Source: Candidatus Daviesbacteria bacterium
GTDB taxonomy: Bacteria > Patescibacteriota > Microgenomatia > Daviesbacterales > UBA10151
Direction of reading: 5' to 3'
Assembly: GCA_028687915.1 (NCBI GenBank)
Contig: JAQTZF010000001.1
Location: 930,634 to 994,633 of the forward strand
Length of the DNA stretch: 64,000 nucleotides
The position numbers and the translations under genes were made by a program. Below the pieces are notes generated by a model, which searched no databases, was not told where the DNA came from, and saw only the letters and a list, made by a program, of their open reading frames with translations. Positions 58,840 through 64,000 of this stretch are shown in pieces. How positions within the stretch are numbered: the first letter of the stretch is position 1; each line of letters opens with the position of its first letter.

Positions 58840-59033
58840 AAATATTTACATGTTAGATGTATAAAAGTTTATATTCTAGTTGAGAATTATTGTCAATAGT
58901 TTTACTTAATCCACCTGTGCTGTACACTTTTCAGATGGACAGTAAATTCCAGTGATATTTATATTTAGCCAGAGTAACCCTTTTTTGTATTTTAAAAATT
59001 GACTTTTTTAAGCCGATAGCTTATTTTTATGTT

Positions 59034-59591
59034 ATGTTTGACGAAAGAAAATATATAGAAAAGACGCCAAAAATGAATTTTACATACCCTGATTGGTGGC
59101 ATAGTCATGGTATGAAATTACATCTGAACCGAGCAGAGACAAATCTTGAACAAGTAACATTAGGTAGTTCAACTACAAGATTAATTATTTCCAGAAACGA
59201 AGATTCTCTTAATTTACCATGGAATATTCAATGGGCAGTCCTACATTTTTATGGTGAAACTGCAGCAGGTAATAGAAAAGTGAATCATGAAACACTTTTA
59301 ACTGCTTTTGGATTTAATAACGGAACTCCACAAGGATCAGAGTGGCTTATTAATAAATATGGCGGAACCTGTGCAGAACAAGGAGCTTTTCTTAGATATA
59401 AACAATTCTTAAACATCCCTTGCCCTGGTACTGGCAATGATGGAGATCCTAACCTTTCACTTTTTTTAGATACTAATATTCAACAAGCAGTCTTAAATCT
59501 TATGCCAAATGAGTATGTTTTAAAATTAAGAGGACAAATCGGAAAATATTTACTTTTACCATCAACTCCTACTGGGAGTAAATTATTTTAA
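59034..59591 (+). CDS. Hypothetical protein (185 aa), opposite strand within the mre cluster
   Basis: ORF with no assignable domain. It ends 9 nt before the mreB stop on the other strand. Confidence 0.4.
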   Translation: MFDERKYIEKTPKMNFTYPDWWHSHGMKLHLNRAETNLEQVTLGSSTTRLIISRNEDSLNLPWNIQWAVLHFYGETAAGNRKVNHETLLTAFGFNNGTPQGSEWLINKYGGTCAEQGAFLRYKQFLNIPCPGTGNDGDPNLSLFLDTNIQQAVLNLMPNEYVLKLRGQIGKYLLLPSTPTGSKLF

Positions 59592-59600
59592 GATGTTGGT

Positions 59601-60656
59601 TTACCTTAATCCTCCTGTCACCTTGACTCTGGACAGGAGATCTAAATCATCTAAAACTCTTCCACAACCTCTGACTACTGTAGTTAAAGGATCTTCTGCT
59701 ACATAAACAGGCATCTTTGTTTCTTCAGCTATTTTTTTATCTAAACCCTTTAAGAGCGAACCTCCACCAGTAATAGCAACCCCTCTTTCTAAAATATCAG
59801 AAACCAACTCTGGTGGTGTTTCTTCCAAAACTTCTGAAAGAGCTGTTACTATCTGATTAACAGTACCTGATAATGCTTCTCTAATTTCAACTGATGAAAT
59901 TTTAATTGATTTTGGTAAACCTGTTGATAAATCTCTTCCGCGAACAACAGTTTCTTTTTCTTCTTTTTGGGGGATAGCTGAACCAACTTCTATCTTTATA
60001 TTTTCTGCAGTTCTGTCACCAATTAACATTCCATATCTCATCTTCATATAGTTAATGATGTCTGCATCCAGTTCATCACCAGCAACCCGAAGAGATCTGT
60101 TTAAAACCATACCGCCAAGTGAAATCACAGCAATTTCTGTGGTTCCCCCACCAATATCCATAATCAAATTCCCTTCTGGTTCTTCAATAGGTAAACCAGC
60201 TCCAATAGCAGCTGCCATAGGTTCTTCAATTAGATAACATTGCCTGGCACCAGCAGATAAAGCTGCATCCTGCACAGCCCTTCTTTCTACTTCTGTAACC
60301 CCAGAAGGAATACCAACCACCACACGAGGTTTAGGAATTTTAGGAAATTTAAACCCATCTCCATGTTGTTTATGAACCAGCTGAATAAAATGACGCAACA
60401 TAGCTTCTGTGGTATCAAAATCTGAAATAACTCCATCACGAAGAGGTCTAACTGCTTCTATTGCTAAAGGTGTTCTACCCAACATTCTTTTAGCTTCACT
60501 TCCTATTGCTAAAACTTGTTTACTTTTTTTATGGATTGCAACAACAGATGGTTCACGAATTAAAATACCTTTTCCTTTAACCAACACCAAAGTATTAACT
60601 GTACCCAAATCTATACCAATATCGTGGGAAACAAGCTGCCAAAATTTGTCAAACAT
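59601..60656 (-). CDS. mreB: Rod shape-determining protein MreB (actin-like ATPase)
   Basis: Actin-fold phosphate-1/2 and adenosine motifs (GIDLGTVNTLV, DIGGGTTEIAVIS, GVAITGGGSLLKGLD). Confidence 0.9.
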   Translation of the reverse strand: MFDKFWQLVSHDIGIDLGTVNTLVLVKGKGILIREPSVVAIHKKSKQVLAIGSEAKRMLGRTPLAIEAVRPLRDGVISDFDTTEAMLRHFIQLVHKQHGDGFKFPKIPKPRVVVGIPSGVTEVERRAVQDAALSAGARQCYLIEEPMAAAIGAGLPIEEPEGNLIMDIGGGTTEIAVISLGGMVLNRSLRVAGDELDADIINYMKMRYGMLIGDRTAENIKIEVGSAIPQKEEKETVVRGRDLSTGLPKSIKISSVEIREALSGTVNQIVTALSEVLEETPPELVSDILERGVAITGGGSLLKGLDKKIAEETKMPVYVAEDPLTTVVRGCGRVLDDLDLLSRVKVTGGLR

Positions 60657-60756
60657 TTCAAGGTTGAGTGTACCAGAGACGCTTCCAAATCACAATGATA
60701 TTTGGTAGCATAAGCTATCAGTCTTCAGTATCGTTTCACTGTCAGCTTTCAGACTG

Positions 60757-60784
60757 TCTGACGACTGATGACTGACGACTGATG
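60757..60784 (+). repeat. Tandem 14-nt repeat (CTGACGACTGATGA x2) overlapping the ligase start codon, within a GACTGA/CAGTC-rich divergent intergenic region
   Basis: Read directly: ...tcagtcttcagtatcgtttcactgtcagctttcagactgtCTGACGACTGATGACTGACGACTGATGACTACAAG. Confidence 0.5.
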
Positions 60785-62956
60785 ACTACAAGAATCCTTA
60801 CAATTTCATTCTATATTCTTTTCTTTTTTACCCCGCTTTTTTGGTCACCTTATAATTTTGAACTTTTTGAATACAACAAAATGATGTTGGTGTATTTGCT
60901 AACTGTAATTATTACAACTGCCTGGATTTGGGAAATGATTTCAAAAAAAACTTTAATTTTAAAATCTACACCTTTAGATATTCCAATCTTACTTTTTTTA
61001 GGGGCAAATATTTTATCAACTATTTTTTCTATTGATCAGCATGTATCAGTATGGGGATATTATTCAAGATCTAATGGGGGACTCATTTCCATTATTTCTT
61101 ACACTATTTTATATTTTGCCTTTGTTTCAAACTTTACATCTGAATATGCAATTAAATTCTTAAAAGCAGCTGTATTTGGAGGTGTAATTGTTGCCTTATA
61201 TGCTATTCCAGAACATTTTGGAGTCTCCCCTTCCTGTGTAGTTTTAACCAACCAGCTCAGTGACAGTTGCTGGGTACAGGATGTTCAGACACGGGTCTTT
61301 GCCACATTAGGCCAGCCTAACTGGCTGGCAGCATATTTGGCAATGTTAATTTTCCCAGCCTTTTATTTCTTACTTACCAATACCAAAAAATCATTCTTTA
61401 ATCTTAACTCTTTATTCTTAATTCTGTTTTATATGGCTTTCACTTTCACCTATTCCAGAGGTGCAACTTTAGGATTACTAGGTGGAATGATAATATTTGT
61501 TGGTCTATTATTCTTCGAGGCCATCAAAGGTGGACGAGAAGTAAATACAAGTTCTCACTTTGTTCGAACAATAAAATCAAGTTTTCATGTTCTCGCTAGC
61601 ACTCGAACAATAAAATCAGTGCTGCTTATTCTTATATCTTTTGTAATCATTAATTTATTTTTTGGATCTGCTTTAACCAGCTTTAAATTATTATCAAAGT
61701 TTGCTCCACCTCCAAGAGGGGGGATAATTACACAAGTCCCAACAAGCGGAACTCAGCTGGAAAATGGCGGGACAGAATCTGGAGTGATTAGGTTAATAGT
61801 TTGGAAGGGAGCATGGGAAATATTTTTACATTATCCAATATTGGGAACAGGTGTTGAAACTTTTGCTTATTCTTATTATCAATTCCGCCCACAGGAACAT
61901 AATTTAGTTTCAGAATGGGATTTTCTTTATAACAAAGCACATAACGAATTTTTAAATTATCTGGCAAACACCGGTTTAGTAGGATTTTTAAGCTATATGG
62001 CCTTAATTTTAACTTTCATTTATTGGTCAGTTAAGAAAATCATTTTTTCCAAATCTGATAACTTGATTCTAATTATTATTTTAGCCTCAATCATCAGTTA
62101 TCATATTCAAAATTTCTTTGGTTTTTCTGTGGTAATAATCGCAGTCTTTTTCTATCTTTTCCCAGCAATAGCATTTATTACCACAAACTCAGTAAAACCA
62201 TTTGTATTGCCTAAACAATTCTTAATTCTATATAAAAAATCCTTATATACTAAGCTTGCAAAAACTGTTGTAATTACTATCTCCCTTTTATTTATCTTTA
62301 CTTTAATTAGGTATTATTGGGCTGATACTTATTTTGCTACTGGTAACAGTGCAAATGACTCAGGTAATCCAGGAAGAGCATATAATCAAATATATCAAGC
62401 AACTTATCGTAAAATTATATTTGGCTTAATCCCCTTTGGAAACACAAATGAACCTTATTACCACTCAGAACTTGCTTATTCAGCAGCTGCTTCTGCAGTA
62501 GCTTTAGCAGAAGAGGATGCCACAATCAGTGCTACATTAAAAGAAGAAGCAATAGAAGAAACTCAGAATGTTCTAAAAAATAACCCAAAGAATACTTCTT
62601 TTTATAGAACAGCTATTAGAACATATTACTTAATTTCTACATTGGATCCAAACTACACCCAAAAAACTTTAGATGTTTTAGATACTACTATTAAGTTAGC
62701 TCCAACTGATGCCAAACTAGTTTATAACAAAGCAATTATTTTAGGACAAGAGCCAGGTAAGAGCAAAGAAGCAATCGCAAGCTTAGAAAAAGCAATTGAG
62801 TTAAAACCAAATTACAGAGATGCGTATTACACATTAGGATTGTTTTATTTTGAGAATAATCAAAAACAAAAAGCTATCGAACAAATGAAAAAAGTTTTAC
62901 AACTAATCCCAAATGATCCAGAAGCATTAGAAAAGCTAAAAGAATGGGGTCAATGA
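60782..62956 (+). CDS. O-antigen ligase (Wzy_C) family polytopic membrane protein with C-terminal TPR repeats
   Basis: Wzy_C signature region (YNKAHNEFLNYLANTGLVGFLSYMALI) within about 12 TM helices. C-terminal TPR units (EKAIELKPNYRDAYYTLGLFYFENNQKQKAIEQMKKVLQLIPNDPEAL). Confidence 0.7.
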   Translation: MTTRILTISFYILFFFTPLFWSPYNFELFEYNKMMLVYLLTVIITTAWIWEMISKKTLILKSTPLDIPILLFLGANILSTIFSIDQHVSVWGYYSRSNGGLISIISYTILYFAFVSNFTSEYAIKFLKAAVFGGVIVALYAIPEHFGVSPSCVVLTNQLSDSCWVQDVQTRVFATLGQPNWLAAYLAMLIFPAFYFLLTNTKKSFFNLNSLFLILFYMAFTFTYSRGATLGLLGGMIIFVGLLFFEAIKGGREVNTSSHFVRTIKSSFHVLASTRTIKSVLLILISFVIINLFFGSALTSFKLLSKFAPPPRGGIITQVPTSGTQLENGGTESGVIRLIVWKGAWEIFLHYPILGTGVETFAYSYYQFRPQEHNLVSEWDFLYNKAHNEFLNYLANTGLVGFLSYMALILTFIYWSVKKIIFSKSDNLILIIILASIISYHIQNFFGFSVVIIAVFFYLFPAIAFITTNSVKPFVLPKQFLILYKKSLYTKLAKTVVITISLLFIFTLIRYYWADTYFATGNSANDSGNPGRAYNQIYQATYRKIIFGLIPFGNTNEPYYHSELAYSAAASAVALAEEDATISATLKEEAIEETQNVLKNNPKNTSFYRTAIRTYYLISTLDPNYTQKTLDVLDTTIKLAPTDAKLVYNKAIILGQEPGKSKEAIASLEKAIELKPNYRDAYYTLGLFYFENNQKQKAIEQMKKVLQLIPNDPEALEKLKEWGQ

Positions 62957-63240
62957 AAAAGATTGGCCAGATTATAGACAATCAAAAACATCCGGACAGA
63001 CCTAAAAATCTATCAACTGAATTTCAGGTTTATGGAGTTTATTTGGCGGAAGAATTAAATGATACCAAACATTATTCCTTGTATATTAAATTAGCAAAAG
63101 TTACTCCCAGGGCTTTACTTGATGAAGCTTTAACTTATACAAAAGGTTATCTGAATGCTAAAAATAAAGGCAAGGTTTTTATGTGGAAGCTCAAACAGCT
63201 TAAAACTGAGCTTTTACTTAGAACTAAAATTTCTGATTAG
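62944..63240 (+). CDS. Hypothetical small protein (98 aa)
   Basis: Overlaps the ligase stop; no motifs assigned. Confidence 0.3.
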   Translation: MGSMKKIGQIIDNQKHPDRPKNLSTEFQVYGVYLAEELNDTKHYSLYIKLAKVTPRALLDEALTYTKGYLNAKNKGKVFMWKLKQLKTELLLRTKISD

Positions 63241-63918
63241 AGTACCTCGTTTAGAAGCCCTATAGCGCTGAATAGATGTGGGCACAAAAGGCCTGATAGA
63301 GCCAGCATTAACTAAACTATGTTGGTGATTTTGTTTATCAATATGAACTACAACAGGTGAATGTGCAACTGATTCTGAATCTACAGGCTGAAAATGTACA
63401 ACAAACATTCTTTCATTTTCAAAATCTGGATCAACCTTAGTAAAAATCGCTTTACTACCTGCAAAATTACTACGCAATCCTAAATCAATTTGTTTTTGCA
63501 GTTGTTCAGGTGTTAAGGGAATACCTCTTAATGAAAGTCCATACTGACGAGGTAAAACCAAACCACCTTTTACCACAATAGCTTCATGGGAACGTTTTTT
63601 ATCACACAATCGAACAGCTTCAGGCTGAAAAGATCTAATCAAGCGGTGTTGAAATGCTTTAAAACCACGACGGTAACGAGAAATCTGATGAATATCAATT
63701 CTTTCTTCACTAATTAAACTTAAATTTGCCTGTTTATCACGAATATTTAATAGGTGAGGAGTCCAAAATCTTTGTTTTCCACCCTCAATATGAAAGATCC
63801 CATTTGGATTAAGACAAGCTTTATCTCCATAGACTTCTATTTCATCTGTTAATGAAGCTTGTACAGCCAAGGCCTCTCCTGGATGAAATCCATTAATATA
63901 TGAATAGATTTCTGACAT
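63214..63918 (-). CDS. Hypothetical protein (234 aa)
   Basis: Long ORF, His/Arg-rich, no family assigned. Confidence 0.4.
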   Translation of the reverse strand: MSEIYSYINGFHPGEALAVQASLTDEIEVYGDKACLNPNGIFHIEGGKQRFWTPHLLNIRDKQANLSLISEERIDIHQISRYRRGFKAFQHRLIRSFQPEAVRLCDKKRSHEAIVVKGGLVLPRQYGLSLRGIPLTPEQLQKQIDLGLRSNFAGSKAIFTKVDPDFENERMFVVHFQPVDSESVAHSPVVVHIDKQNHQHSLVNAGSIRPFVPTSIQRYRASKRGTLIRNFSSK

Positions 63919-64000
63919 AGTAAAAAGGATTATAGTTTTTTTCTCAGGTTTGTCAAACTATAAAACCCCAGAAATTGGAAAATTGAACCTAAATTTGATA

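Noticed and set aside
1-64000. CRISPR arrays, tRNA and rRNA genes
   Set aside because: No array of regularly spaced direct repeats was seen. No intergenic region showed T-loop-like GTTCGA/GTTCAAATC stretches or the length and conservation expected of rRNA. The internal near-duplication TCGAACAATAAAATCA at 61563-61620 is inside the ligase ORF and encodes the repeated RTIKS peptide, so it is not an RNA gene.

Overview
About 33% GC, densely packed bacterial window with overlapping or coupled gene junctions and mostly housekeeping content, read by eye only. The style (short EF-Ts, a trigger factor that appears to lack the PPIase domain, a ProRS without the editing insertion, many small membrane proteins, several T/P-rich surface proteins) suggests a reduced, possibly CPR/Patescibacteria-like genome; that is inference. 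From 5' to 3': a stress-type cluster (YtxH/DUF948/YflT-like, Hsp20, MsrB) with two GT4 glycosyltransferases; PRTase/Prs; a DEAD-box helicase; FKBP; MFS, TspO, DgkA and PAP2 membrane proteins; one IS200-like HUH transposase; peptidase M16; rarA carrying an in-frame palindromic insertion; cysS; recR and ybaB flanked by paralogous surface proteins; folD-glyA-dnaX-ybeY-yqeY-rpsU-tig; proS; rseP-frr-tsf-rpsB; a dTTP-supply operon (pyrG, kinase, dcd, dut, and a large Tmk-like plus tandem ThyX-like fusion); topA; a membrane-anchored Clp-like double-ring AAA+ ATPase; dprA; and pbp2-mreD-mreC / two unknown genes / mreB, followed by an O-antigen-ligase/TPR protein. No rRNA, tRNA or CRISPR array was recognised. 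The most unusual items are the Tmk plus double-ThyX fusion whose two ThyX halves look reciprocally degenerate, the palindromic element inside rarA, the two-gene insertion splitting mreB from mreCD, and the membrane-anchored Clp-like ATPase with a non-canonical D1 Walker A.
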